This document shows positions 20,673-30,274 of a stretch of DNA of 64,000 bases, one piece after another. Position numbers and translations under genes: made by a program. Source of the stretch: an uncultured delta proteobacterium. Its GTDB lineage: Bacteria > Myxococcota_A > Polyangia > Polyangiales > Polyangiaceae. Each line of letters starts with the position of its first letter. Within the stretch, counting starts at the first letter, position 1. Under the pieces are notes generated by a model. It was not told the DNA's origin and did no database searches. It worked only from the letters and a program-made list of their open reading frames with translations. The stretch is taken from the NCBI GenBank assembly GCA_963716725.1, contig CAVQUB010000011.1, positions 128,001 through 192,000 of the forward strand. The letters run 5' to 3'.

Positions 20673-22265
20673 ATGCAACCCCGTCCCGTCGTTCGCACCC
20701 TGATCGCCTTCGCGCTCTCGATGGCGCTGGCGCCCAGAGCTCTGGCCGAGGCGCCGGACGACGACTCGGATCACGAAGTGTTCGTCGAGCCGGGCGAGGG
20801 CTGGTGGATGGATCGTCACGGCGTCTTCCACCCCTTCGAGCGCACCTACTCGGACTGGTCACCCTCACGCTACGAGGCCCGGCCGGGGCGCGCCGCGCTG
20901 GAGATGCTCGGTCTCCTGGGGATCGGCGCAGCCTGGTATTGGATCAAGAGCGAGCAGAACAAAGAAGATTGGGAGTTCCCTCCCCTCGAGCAGCGGCTGC
21001 TCACCTTCGACGCGGTGCGCTTCGACAACAACCTGTTCGTGACCAACCACATCCTGCACCCACTCGCCGGCGCGGCGTACTACAGCTTCTCCCGCGTCAA
21101 CGGCCTCGGCCCCTTTCCTTCGATCGGCTACTCGGTGGCGTCGGCCGTGGTCTGGGAGTGGGGCCTCGAGCTGATCGAAAAGGTGAGCATCAACGATCTC
21201 GTCTACACGCCCTTCGGCGGGTGGGCCTTCGGCGAGTGGGCCGTCCAACTCGGTGACTACCTGAACAGCGCACCGGGAGGCGGCAGTTGGGCCAATCGCC
21301 TGGCGTCGTACACCCTGGGCGCCCCGCGCTACTTGCACGATCGCTGGGACGACGCGCCGCCACCGCCCTCGCTGCCCGTCGACAATCTGGGCTTCTCGAC
21401 CGCGTTTTGGCATCGCTTTGGAGTGATGTACGGGCTCTCCGGTCTCGACAACGACAGCAAGAAGAGCGGCATCGTGCACGACGCGGTGCTCGAAGCGGAG
21501 GTCATCCGCATGCCGGGCCTGCTGCGCCCAGGACACATCGAGCGCGGCTTCGGCGAAGGCAACTTCGTCGACATGCGCAGCCGCATGAGCTTCGACGAGA
21601 CCGGCGTCGCCGAGGTGGACCTCTGGTTTTCGGCCGACGTCGCCGGCTACTTCCATCAGGATCTCGAGCCGGCCTCCGGCGGCGTCCGCGGTCAAGCGTG
21701 GTCGGGTGCGCTGAACGTGGCGGGCCGCTTCGTCGATCGCTGGCTACTGCGCGAGCGCGACGCCTGGGCTCTGGCCCACCTGCCGGGCCCAGCGCTGAAG
21801 GGCTGGATCGCCGAGGGGCCGTTGCTGTTCCGAGTTTCGGCCGCCGCGCACCTCGACTTCGCTGCCGTGCACTCCCTCGCCTACGAGGCATGGACCGAAG
21901 AGCAGGGCGGATCCACTGGCGCCAAGACGGTGCTTCAGAAGCACTCCTACTATTTCGCGCACGGGGCGTCCGCGACGGCCCAGGCGACCGTCGCCTATCA
22001 CGGGACGGAACTGGGGCTTCGTTCCAGCTTCGGGCACTACGAATCCATCGAGGGCCTCGATCGCTATCAGCCGACGGTGCTTCTCGACGTTCACAACTCC
22101 GACGAAATCTTGGAGGGCGCGGTCTGGCTGGGGCACACCACCCCGGGGGCGCCGCTTCAGGTGCGGGTGGCGCTCGAAGGCACGCGCCGAACGAGCGCGA
22201 TGACTCCGCTGAGCGAACTGCGCTGGGATCGCCGGGCGTCGGTCAACGTGGGGCTCGGGTTTTAG
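20673..22265 (+). CDS. DUF3943-like domain protein, probable outer-membrane protein
   Basis: D.N.F.TNHILHP.AGAAYY...R..G...WEW..E..S.NDL..TP.GG...GE; C-terminal beta-signal VNVGLGF. Confidence 0.75.
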   Translation: MQPRPVVRTLIAFALSMALAPRALAEAPDDDSDHEVFVEPGEGWWMDRHGVFHPFERTYSDWSPSRYEARPGRAALEMLGLLGIGAAWYWIKSEQNKEDWEFPPLEQRLLTFDAVRFDNNLFVTNHILHPLAGAAYYSFSRVNGLGPFPSIGYSVASAVVWEWGLELIEKVSINDLVYTPFGGWAFGEWAVQLGDYLNSAPGGGSWANRLASYTLGAPRYLHDRWDDAPPPPSLPVDNLGFSTAFWHRFGVMYGLSGLDNDSKKSGIVHDAVLEAEVIRMPGLLRPGHIERGFGEGNFVDMRSRMSFDETGVAEVDLWFSADVAGYFHQDLEPASGGVRGQAWSGALNVAGRFVDRWLLRERDAWALAHLPGPALKGWIAEGPLLFRVSAAAHLDFAAVHSLAYEAWTEEQGGSTGAKTVLQKHSYYFAHGASATAQATVAYHGTELGLRSSFGHYESIEGLDRYQPTVLLDVHNSDEILEGAVWLGHTTPGAPLQVRVALEGTRRTSAMTPLSELRWDRRASVNVGLGF

Positions 22266-24720
22266 CCGCGCGCCTCGGCAGGATCAGCGCGTCTCGAGCC
22301 GAGAGCGCGACCCACGCCACGCCGGCCGCCACGACCCACAACATGGCAAAGGGCAGGTCGCCCAGCAGCCGAAAGCCAGTCCAGTAGCTGTTGCCCGCCA
22401 CCAGGAACATCGCGGACACCACGACCATGCGGGCGAGGAACGCGAGGAACGCGACTCGCAGCACGTCCGCCGCGAGCTTCGAGCCCAGCTCGGAGACGAA
22501 GGCCCCGAGCACGAGCCACAATCCGAGCAGGTACTTGAGCCCGAGCGCGCCGCCGACGACCCAAGCCGGCACGTGAGGATCACCGAAGCCCGCGACTCCG
22601 AAGTCCATGGCGCCGAAGTCGAGGGCACCCTGGATGCCGATGCGCTGAACGAAGGCCATGCCAAAGACGAAACACGCGATCAGCGCGAGTTGCCCGGGCT
22701 CGAGGGCCGCGTCTGCAGCGCCGCTGCGCGCGCGGTGGCGAGCAAAGGCGGCACCCACACCGTCCGCGACCAGCACCGACGCCGTGAGCGCGATCAGCTC
22801 GGCGTCCCTCGACACCCACGAGTAAGTGGCGAAGCCCATGAGCAGCGCGGCGAGGCGCTGGCGACGCAGAGCGAAGAGCAGGGCGAGCCCGCCGGAAAGC
22901 ACGATCAGCGCCCGACCCGGCAGGGCCGGGACGAAGCGGCGCGCGATCAGCGCGCCGATGGTCAGCACGCACAACCCGAGCGCTATCTGAAAGCGTCGTC
23001 GGTGCCCCGCGCGGGCGCCGAGCACAGCGCCAGCGACCCCGATCAGCGAGATGGCCGTGCTGAGGACCAGGCCCGGATCCCGGCGAAACCAGGCGGGGTA
23101 GATGTCGCTGGTGCGAGTGCCGCCGAAGAACAACGCGATTAGACCCACGGCGATCAAGCCGGCGTGGGCTGGGTGCACCGTGAGGGCAGCAGCGCGGAGC
23201 GTGGGCCGCCCGGAGTCGAGGCCGCCGAGCAACACCATCAGCAGACTGCTGACGGCGACCGCGACGTAGGCCTCGGGTTGGGCGTTGGTGGTGTAGGTCG
23301 CGATCAGAAACCCAGGCAGCGCGACGACCGCAAGCCAGGGCGCGCGCCGCGCAAGCCGAGCGACGCGGCCCGGGATCAGCAGCGCGAGCAAGGCGGGCAG
23401 GTTGCCGATCACGAACAAGACGATGCGCGTGGTGCGCGGCGACGATCCCGGAAGGCGCTCGACGCCCCAGGTGAGCACCACCCCCAGGCTCAGGACGGCG
23501 AGGGCCGCGCCGATCTCACGGCCATGCTTCTTGCCCGCAGCGACAAACGCCGCAGCGAGACCCAGCAGCACCGCGAGCGCGGTGAGCCATGGCACCGCCG
23601 GCGACGCGAGACCGGTACTGACCTCGACATGCCGATCGATGCTGGCCACGATCTCGCGCGCCGCGTCGAGAGGGGCCCGACTGGTCTCGCACTCTGCTGG
23701 GGAAGGAGCGAGCCCCGAGGCTTCGGCAAACGCACGCGCCCGGGCGGCGTCGGTGCAGGCGAGCTCTACCTTTCGCTCGGGAGGCAGGTCGAGCAGATCG
23801 AGGCGCAGGTGACCGCGCGAGTGCGCCGGCGTGGGCAGGCCCAGGAGCGCGGCGAAGGTACCGGCCATGTCGATTTGATCGATGACGCCCGCCTTCGCCG
23901 CCGGTGCGATGCCGGGCCCGTAGGCGAAGAGCACGCTCTTGCGCTGGATGGGGACGTCGGCGCCGTGCGTGCCGCTGTCCGCAGCGCCGTGATCGCCGGC
24001 CACCACCACGGTCCACTCGGGGTCGTTCTCTTTCAAGAATCGAAACAGATCGGCGTCGAAGCCGCGAATGTGCGCGGCGTAGCGCTGGCTCGTCACGGTG
24101 TAGGCGTGCGCTTGATGGTCCGGGGTGACGAAGTGCACGAGCAGCAGATCGGGACTTCGCCCGCGCAACTCCCGAGCGTCGCTAAAGGTGGTGGGATTGA
24201 AGTCCACGTCGATGGCAACTCCCGCCGGATCTAGGCGACGCTCGCTGAACGCGCGACCGTACATCTGCCCCCAGGCGGGATCGCCGACGCTCATCAAGAC
24301 CATTCCGGCGGCACGCGCCGCCAAGAACCAGGAATCGAAGGGCGGCGGGCTAGCGTCGAGATTGCGGACGATCTGCTCGAAACCACCGCGCTGACCCGTG
24401 CCCATGGCGAGCACGGCGCTCGTGGTCATCGAGACACGTCCCGCCCAGAGTTCACCGCTGGCTTCCCGCCGCATGGCCGCCGAGAAGTTCGGCATCCGCA
24501 CCGGATCGGTCGCGACGTCGTAGCGGAGCCCGTCGACGATCACGATCATGAGGCGCGAGGCGAGCCGCGGGTGCGCCGCTGCGGGCGCTTGAAACGCTGC
24601 GGGCGCGCGTGCCGGCAGAACCACCCCGAGCACTGTCGCGAGCACGACCGCGACGAGCAGGGCGGCGATCGCGAGAGAGAACAGCGGGCGTCGACGCGCG
24701 GGCACGGCGACGATTACCAC
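22243..24720 (-). CDS. Alkaline-phosphatase-superfamily membrane phosphotransferase resembling GPI ethanolamine-phosphate transferases (PIG-G/O/N-like)
   Basis: N-terminal TM; IVIVDGLRYD, SMTT, GDPAW, VHF..PDHQAH, GDHG...GTHG, QID...T.A.LLG.P.P..S.G; ~12 C-terminal TM segments. Confidence 0.75.
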   Translation of the reverse strand: MVIVAVPARRRPLFSLAIAALLVAVVLATVLGVVLPARAPAAFQAPAAAHPRLASRLMIVIVDGLRYDVATDPVRMPNFSAAMRREASGELWAGRVSMTTSAVLAMGTGQRGGFEQIVRNLDASPPPFDSWFLAARAAGMVLMSVGDPAWGQMYGRAFSERRLDPAGVAIDVDFNPTTFSDARELRGRSPDLLLVHFVTPDHQAHAYTVTSQRYAAHIRGFDADLFRFLKENDPEWTVVVAGDHGAADSGTHGADVPIQRKSVLFAYGPGIAPAAKAGVIDQIDMAGTFAALLGLPTPAHSRGHLRLDLLDLPPERKVELACTDAARARAFAEASGLAPSPAECETSRAPLDAAREIVASIDRHVEVSTGLASPAVPWLTALAVLLGLAAAFVAAGKKHGREIGAALAVLSLGVVLTWGVERLPGSSPRTTRIVLFVIGNLPALLALLIPGRVARLARRAPWLAVVALPGFLIATYTTNAQPEAYVAVAVSSLLMVLLGGLDSGRPTLRAAALTVHPAHAGLIAVGLIALFFGGTRTSDIYPAWFRRDPGLVLSTAISLIGVAGAVLGARAGHRRRFQIALGLCVLTIGALIARRFVPALPGRALIVLSGGLALLFALRRQRLAALLMGFATYSWVSRDAELIALTASVLVADGVGAAFARHRARSGAADAALEPGQLALIACFVFGMAFVQRIGIQGALDFGAMDFGVAGFGDPHVPAWVVGGALGLKYLLGLWLVLGAFVSELGSKLAADVLRVAFLAFLARMVVVSAMFLVAGNSYWTGFRLLGDLPFAMLWVVAAGVAWVALSARDALILPRRAAKTRAPR

Positions 24721-24759
24721 GTTCGATGCGCGAGCTCACGGGTATACTGGCCCAGCGCT

Positions 24760-25947
24760 TTGGCCACCGTCCTCTTCGATCTGACCATCCTCGCAACCGA
24801 CACCCGCGTGCGAGGCATCGGGCGTTACCTCGTGGAGTTGGCGACGGCGCTCGAGCGTGCGATCGATCCGTCGCAGGGGCTCGAGCTGAGCTTCCTCGAG
24901 CGCGTTGAATTCACCGGACACAGCGCCGCGTCGGACGACGCCCGCTCGGCAATCGCACGCATCACCGCTGCGCCCGCCATTCCTTCGCTCCGCTGGTCAT
25001 GGAGCGAGCGCATGGGCATCGGTCGCGCGCTACGGGATCGGCGCCCCGCGCTGTTTCACCAGGGAGTGCCCTACCCGACTCCGCTCGAGCGCGCGCCTTG
25101 CCCGCGCGTGGTCACCTGTCACGACTTGGTCCCGCTGGCGTTTCCCGCCGAGTACCGCCGCTGGCAGTCGGGCGGCGACCGCGGGCGGCGTTGGCTCGAT
25201 GCGCGGCGATACAGATCCGCGGATCACCTGATCGCCATCAGCCAAGCCACGGCCGACGATCTGATGCGCCTACTTGGCATCAGCGCCCATCGCATCAGCG
25301 TGGTCCACAATGGCATCGATCTCACGACCTGGACCCCGTCGGAGTCACCTGGCGATAGCGCCGTGCTCGCCCGACTCGGGCTCGAACCCGCTTCGTACCT
25401 CGCGTACGCCGGCGACGCGGATTGGCGCAAGAACCGCGACGGCATGCTGAAGGCCCTCGCGTTGGCGCGCGGGCACGACTCCGCGAAACGGCTGCGCTTG
25501 GTCTGGGCGGGCTCACTCTCGGCCGAGCGTCGCGATCAGTTGCTCGCTCTGGCGCGGGAGCTCGGCGTGCACGACGCGCTAATGCTCACCGGCTGGATCC
25601 CGGACGACGATCTGCGCGCGCTCTACCGCAACGCGCTGGGACTGCTCTTCGTCTCGCGCGCCGAGGGCTTCGGCTTTCCGGTCGTGGAGGCCATGGCTTG
25701 CGGCTGCCCGGTGATCACCAGCAATCGCTCGAGCATGGCGGAGCTGGCCCAGGGTGCGGCGCTGCTGGTGGATCCCGAGCGCCCTGCGGAAATCGCGGAC
25801 GCCATCACACGCCTCGGCGAGAGCGGAGGCCTGCGCGTCGAACTGTCGGAGGCGGGGCGAGCGCGCTCGGCCGGCTTCACGCTGGAGCGACAGGCCGAGG
25901 GCACGCTCGCGGTCTACGCGGCGACAATCGCCAGCCAGCGGGCGTGA
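24760..25947 (+). CDS. GT4 (group 1) glycosyltransferase
   Basis: RGIGRY, VVTCHDL, IAISQAT, VVHNGID, RKN, EGFGFPVVEAMACGCPV. Confidence 0.92.
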   Translation: MATVLFDLTILATDTRVRGIGRYLVELATALERAIDPSQGLELSFLERVEFTGHSAASDDARSAIARITAAPAIPSLRWSWSERMGIGRALRDRRPALFHQGVPYPTPLERAPCPRVVTCHDLVPLAFPAEYRRWQSGGDRGRRWLDARRYRSADHLIAISQATADDLMRLLGISAHRISVVHNGIDLTTWTPSESPGDSAVLARLGLEPASYLAYAGDADWRKNRDGMLKALALARGHDSAKRLRLVWAGSLSAERRDQLLALARELGVHDALMLTGWIPDDDLRALYRNALGLLFVSRAEGFGFPVVEAMACGCPVITSNRSSMAELAQGAALLVDPERPAEIADAITRLGESGGLRVELSEAGRARSAGFTLERQAEGTLAVYAATIASQRA

Positions 25948-26028
25948 TTCCCCAGCGCCACGAACTCGCGAGCATCTCCGCGGGCAGCCGCCAGAGCTAC
26001 TTCGTCTGGCAAGAGCAGGTCGGGCTCA

Positions 26029-27237
26029 CTACGGAACGGTCTGCGAGCGCACCAGGGAATTGGCGGGCACCAGGCGGTCCTTCTGCCCCCGCCAGGTGCC
26101 GTTTCCGTTTTCGTAATTCACTTCGATGAGTTCACGCGGCGAATATCTCGGGAAGTCGACTTCTCCGTGGCGAGTCACGTCGTCGCGATAGGGGTTCTTC
26201 CAAACGATCTCCGGCCGGGTGACCTTGATCAGCTTCCAGGTGTCGAACTTGTCGCGCCAGGTTTCGCGCGGATGCTCGACAATCAGCGACATCGCGACGA
26301 TGACGCCGTGCTTCTTCGCGTGCCGACAGGTATCGACGATCTGTTCGACCTGGATCTGCTTATTGTAGAAGTCGAGCATTCGCTGACTGCCGCTTTCGGC
26401 GCCCACGTAGATGCCCTTGCACCCGGCTCGCGCCATCAGCTCGATGAAGCTCTCCTCAGACCCGAGGTCCACTCGCGTCTCACAGGCCCACTTGATCTTG
26501 ATATTTCGCTTCAAGATCAGCTCGCAGATCTCGACCACGCGCTTCTTGTTGGCGGTGAAGATGTCCTCACGGAAGTAGACCCCCGCAGGGTTGTGAGTGC
26601 GCACGAGGTACTCGATGTCATCGACGACACGCTCCGCTCCTTGGGAGGTCCAGAGCACGCCCCAGATGTCACGTACGGTGCAGAACGAGCAGGTATAAGG
26701 ACAGCTGCGCGACGTGTTCATCAGGAAGATCGGCTTGTAATCGGTGAACGGGATCTCCCAGGTGTAGTCACGCGGTTTGTCGAGGAAGAGGTCGTAGTCC
26801 GCCCGCGGCAGCGCATCGAGATTCTCGATGCGTTGAGTGCGCAGCAAGGTGCCTTTCGGGAAGCGACCTTCGACCAAATCGTTGATGATGTACTCGGCCT
26901 CACCCTGGACCGCGTAGTCCACGCGCGGAGGGACCGTGGTGGGAAAAGTCGTGGTGTGGGGCCCGCCGAAGGCGACCGGTCCCTTGAAATCACGGAGCAA
27001 TTCCACGACGGCCAGCGCGTCGTCGTAACAGGGAGTGCTGGTGTAAACGCCCGCGAAATCGAAGCGGTTGACGTCGTCGGTCCACGCTCCGCGATCAGCG
27101 AAGCGATCCACCAGCTCTACGCGATGGCCGTGTTGCTTCAGCACTGCGGACAGGTAGCCGAGGCCAATCGGGAAGCGACGCTCATTGGTGGCGAAAGCAG
27201 CGTTGCTCTCACCGTTGTTCACTAGCAGGACGTTCAT
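26029..27237 (-). CDS. B12-binding radical SAM protein
   Basis: PIGLGYLSAVL, GGPH.T, V.GEAE cobalamin-binding domain; TSRSCPYTCSFC; GAESGSQRML. Confidence 0.93.
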   Translation of the reverse strand: MNVLLVNNGESNAAFATNERRFPIGLGYLSAVLKQHGHRVELVDRFADRGAWTDDVNRFDFAGVYTSTPCYDDALAVVELLRDFKGPVAFGGPHTTTFPTTVPPRVDYAVQGEAEYIINDLVEGRFPKGTLLRTQRIENLDALPRADYDLFLDKPRDYTWEIPFTDYKPIFLMNTSRSCPYTCSFCTVRDIWGVLWTSQGAERVVDDIEYLVRTHNPAGVYFREDIFTANKKRVVEICELILKRNIKIKWACETRVDLGSEESFIELMARAGCKGIYVGAESGSQRMLDFYNKQIQVEQIVDTCRHAKKHGVIVAMSLIVEHPRETWRDKFDTWKLIKVTRPEIVWKNPYRDDVTRHGEVDFPRYSPRELIEVNYENGNGTWRGQKDRLVPANSLVRSQTVP

Positions 27238-27504
27238 GACGTTTCTCTCTGTCCCGAGGCAAGATGCATTCCTATAGCGTCGGGGGTTGGGTCGGTCAAG
27301 GTGGCGGCGGGTGCTGCGCGGCACTCGGATCGAGGGGCCTGTGCCGAATTTGCGACAGTGGTCGTGCCCGCGTCGTTGGCAGCGCACAGTGACGCAGACG
27401 GTATCGTCGAGTCGCTATCGACCACGGCTTTCGATTCGTCGAGGCAGCTTCACGACCAGCGTTCCCCGCTTGACCCGCGGCGCGGTGGGCATCTTACTTC
27501 GGGC

Positions 27505-28221
27505 GTGTTGCTCCGTCGCATCCGCGAGCTCGGCGAACGCCGACTGAAGCGAAAAACGTTGGCTCGCTGGATGCGTGATCCAGAGTTCGCGAAGCGCATC
27601 GATGCCGTACTGAGCTCGACACCCGAGTCCTTGGGCATCAGCGCGAGCGCGAAGGACGAGCGCGGATTGCCTGGCGCGGCCGAGTTCCGCCAGAGCGGCT
27701 GGTGGGAGCACATGCTCCTGCGCTACCTGCTGGCGCTGGACGCCGCCCGGGACAAGCTCGTGCTCGACAGCTGCTCGGGGCTCGGCTGGGGCTCGCATTT
27801 GTTGGCCGGCGTGGCCGCCGGCGTCGTCGGAGTCGACCTCGACGAGAACGCCGTCGGGATCAGCCGCAGGAACTGGGGCGACCCGAACGCGAGCTTCGTT
27901 CAAGGCAGCGTTCTCGACCTGCCCTTCGAAGACCAGAGCTTCGACGTGGTCTTGTGCATGGAAGCCATCGAACACTTCGGACGAAGCGACGGAAGACGCT
28001 TTCTGCGGGAGCTCGCGCGGGTCACGCGCCCAGGCGGGTTGCTGTTCGGGAGTTCGGCATTTCCGGAAACCCGCCGCGGGGCCGACGAGCTCTGCTCCAA
28101 GAACGAACACCACCTGCATATCTACACTCGGGCTGAGATGGCGGAGCTGCTGCAGGAGGCGTTCGGCCGGCCCCTGCGACTCACCCATCACTACTTCGCC
28201 GCCGAGAAGGCCCCGCGCTGA
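27505..28221 (+). CDS. Class I SAM-dependent methyltransferase
   Basis: VLDSCSGLGWG, VGVDLD, LPFEDQSFDVV, EAIEH, RVTRPGG; start uncertain (27505 GTG or 27571 ATG). Confidence 0.88.
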   Translation: MLLRRIRELGERRLKRKTLARWMRDPEFAKRIDAVLSSTPESLGISASAKDERGLPGAAEFRQSGWWEHMLLRYLLALDAARDKLVLDSCSGLGWGSHLLAGVAAGVVGVDLDENAVGISRRNWGDPNASFVQGSVLDLPFEDQSFDVVLCMEAIEHFGRSDGRRFLRELARVTRPGGLLFGSSAFPETRRGADELCSKNEHHLHIYTRAEMAELLQEAFGRPLRLTHHYFAAEKAPR

Positions 28222-28243
28222 TCACGGGATCCGCGCGGACACC

Positions 28244-29080
28244 TCAACCTCGTTCCAGCGAGACCAGCCTCGAGTAGCGCGGCAGCGCCCGGATCCTCTT
28301 CTCGCATCCGAGCTGGTGCTCGCGCTTGGCGGAGATCAGCGAGCCTGGGTGCTCGTTGTACACGTAGGTGATGCGCCGAACGTGGCGCGCGTGCTCACCC
28401 GCCAGCTCGAGCATGGGAAAGTAGTGCGACATGTCCACCGCGGCAGTCCAATAGTCACCGGTCTCCGGATCCTTCAGGCCATCTTCTTCGACGTGGTCGA
28501 AGAGCTCGCGTCGGAAAGTGTGCAGGTGCGACGAGATCCACGAGTGATCGCGGAACGAGTTCTGCTCGACGACACGGCGCGGGATCGGATCGCTGTTGAG
28601 CGAACGACGACCGTCGGGGAAGACCCAGCTGTTGTAGGTCATCCATAGATCTGGGTCGTGATAGAGCATGTCGAGATAGGCGAGCACCCGCGGCTCGGGC
28701 AGCCAGTCGTCGGCGTCGACCTGGAGCACGATGCTGCCCGCCGGCGCCTCGCGGAACGCCCGGGTGAGGTTCGCGCAGCCGCCGCGCCGCAGGTCGTTGT
28801 GCACGCGCCGCAGGCCGGATCCGCCGCGGGCCAGGATGCGACGGTCGACGAGGTCGCCGGTGCCGTCCGTCGAGGCGTCGTCGATGATCAGGTGCTGAAC
28901 GAGCGCCGGGTCGTAGTCCTGCGCCTCGATGGAGTCCATGTGGCGGTCGACGAACTTCGCCACGTTGTGCCCCGCGGACACGATCCAGAAAGTGTGGGGC
29001 GAACGAGGTCGAAACAGCGCCAGTCGAAGCTCGCCCGCCCTGCGCGCCGCGGCGTCCACGAGGCGCCTGGCGAGACTCAC
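28244..29080 (-). CDS. GT2 glycosyltransferase
   Basis: IIDDASTDGT, VDADDWL, SHLHTF, FPMLELAG; GTG overlaps the wzt stop. Confidence 0.88.
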   Translation of the reverse strand: MSLARRLVDAAARRAGELRLALFRPRSPHTFWIVSAGHNVAKFVDRHMDSIEAQDYDPALVQHLIIDDASTDGTGDLVDRRILARGGSGLRRVHNDLRRGGCANLTRAFREAPAGSIVLQVDADDWLPEPRVLAYLDMLYHDPDLWMTYNSWVFPDGRRSLNSDPIPRRVVEQNSFRDHSWISSHLHTFRRELFDHVEEDGLKDPETGDYWTAAVDMSHYFPMLELAGEHARHVRRITYVYNEHPGSLISAKREHQLGCEKRIRALPRYSRLVSLERG

Positions 29081-30270
29081 CGGGTGACCTCGAACTCGAC
29101 CGGGACGAAGTTCTTGCCGGTCGCGTGATCGACGCCCGAGACCTCCACCGGGATGCGCCACCAGAACAGCTGCTCGGCGCGGTCTTTGGCCCAGATGGCC
29201 ACCGCCACGGTGCCCATCGTGCCGTTCATCTGCAGGTTCTTGAGCCGGAGCGTGAATCGCCCTTCGCCGGCTTCGAGGTCGATGCGCCGATCGTAGGCTT
29301 GGTTCGTGGCCTGGAAGTAGAACTCGGGATCGCGCGCGTCGTAGATGGCCACGTCCACCTCGACGTCCTCGTAGGCCTGCGACGCGACGTAGCGCATGGT
29401 GATCGAGAAGTCGTCACCGGGGGCGAACTCGCGGGCGCTGAGTTCGACCGCGTCGAACTCGACGTGATTGCCCCGGGAGACCAGGCGCTCGATGGCCTCT
29501 TCGCCGGCCCCGAGGAAGAGCCGCGTGTAAGCGCGGATGCCCTCGAACACCCGGTCGTAGCGGGTCATGTTGCCTTTGTTGACCAGCGCCACCCAGTCGC
29601 AGAAACCCGCGACGGTGTGCATGTTGTGGCTGACCACCACGAAGGTGGTGCCGCCATCGCGCAGATCGCCCATCTTCTTGAAGCAACGGGTCTGGAAGCC
29701 GCGATCGCCCACGGCGAGCACTTCGTCGACCAGCATGATGTCCGGATCCGAGTGGGCGGCGACCGCGAATCCAAGTCGTACGAACATGCCGCTCGAGTAG
29801 TGCTTCACCGGCGTGTCGATGAAGTCTCCGACCTCGGCGAACTCGACGATGGCGTCGAAGTTCTTCTCGACCTCTGCCTTGCCCATGCCGAGAATGGCTC
29901 CGTTGACGAAGATGTTCTCGCGGCCGGTGAGCAGCGGGTGGAAGCCGGCGCCGACGGCGATCAGCGCTCCGACCCGCCCGCGCACCTGGATGCGGCCGCG
30001 GTCCGGCCAGAAGATGCCGTTGATCATCTTGAGCAGCGTGGTCTTGCCCGACCCGTTGGGCCCGATGAGCCCGATGCTGTCGCCCCGCTCGACCGAAAAC
30101 GAGACATCGCTGACCGCCCAGAACTCGTCCGTCCGAAGCTCCTCGGAGTTCGAACGCATGCCCATGGCGTTGCGACTCAGATCCGTCAATCCGTAGAGCA
30201 TCGAGCGCCGCAGCGACTTGCAGTACTTCTTTGAAACCCCCTCCACGGAGATCGAGTGTGAATCGTCCAT
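29077..30270 (-). CDS. wzt: Polysaccharide ABC exporter ATPase with C-terminal Wzt_C-like domain
   Basis: FWAVSDVSF, GPNGSGKTT, GAGFHPLLTGREN, YSSGMFVRLGF, DEVLAVGD; ~150 aa C-terminal extension. Confidence 0.92.
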   Translation of the reverse strand: MDDSHSISVEGVSKKYCKSLRRSMLYGLTDLSRNAMGMRSNSEELRTDEFWAVSDVSFSVERGDSIGLIGPNGSGKTTLLKMINGIFWPDRGRIQVRGRVGALIAVGAGFHPLLTGRENIFVNGAILGMGKAEVEKNFDAIVEFAEVGDFIDTPVKHYSSGMFVRLGFAVAAHSDPDIMLVDEVLAVGDRGFQTRCFKKMGDLRDGGTTFVVVSHNMHTVAGFCDWVALVNKGNMTRYDRVFEGIRAYTRLFLGAGEEAIERLVSRGNHVEFDAVELSAREFAPGDDFSITMRYVASQAYEDVEVDVAIYDARDPEFYFQATNQAYDRRIDLEAGEGRFTLRLKNLQMNGTMGTVAVAIWAKDRAEQLFWWRIPVEVSGVDHATGKNFVPVEFEVTR

Positions 30271-30274
30271 CGGC

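Noticed and set aside
27257..27273. Possible sigma54 motif (AGGAATGCATCTTGC, minus strand) before the radical SAM gene
   Set aside because: Spacing is right but the -24 element lacks the GGCAC core; too weak to report.
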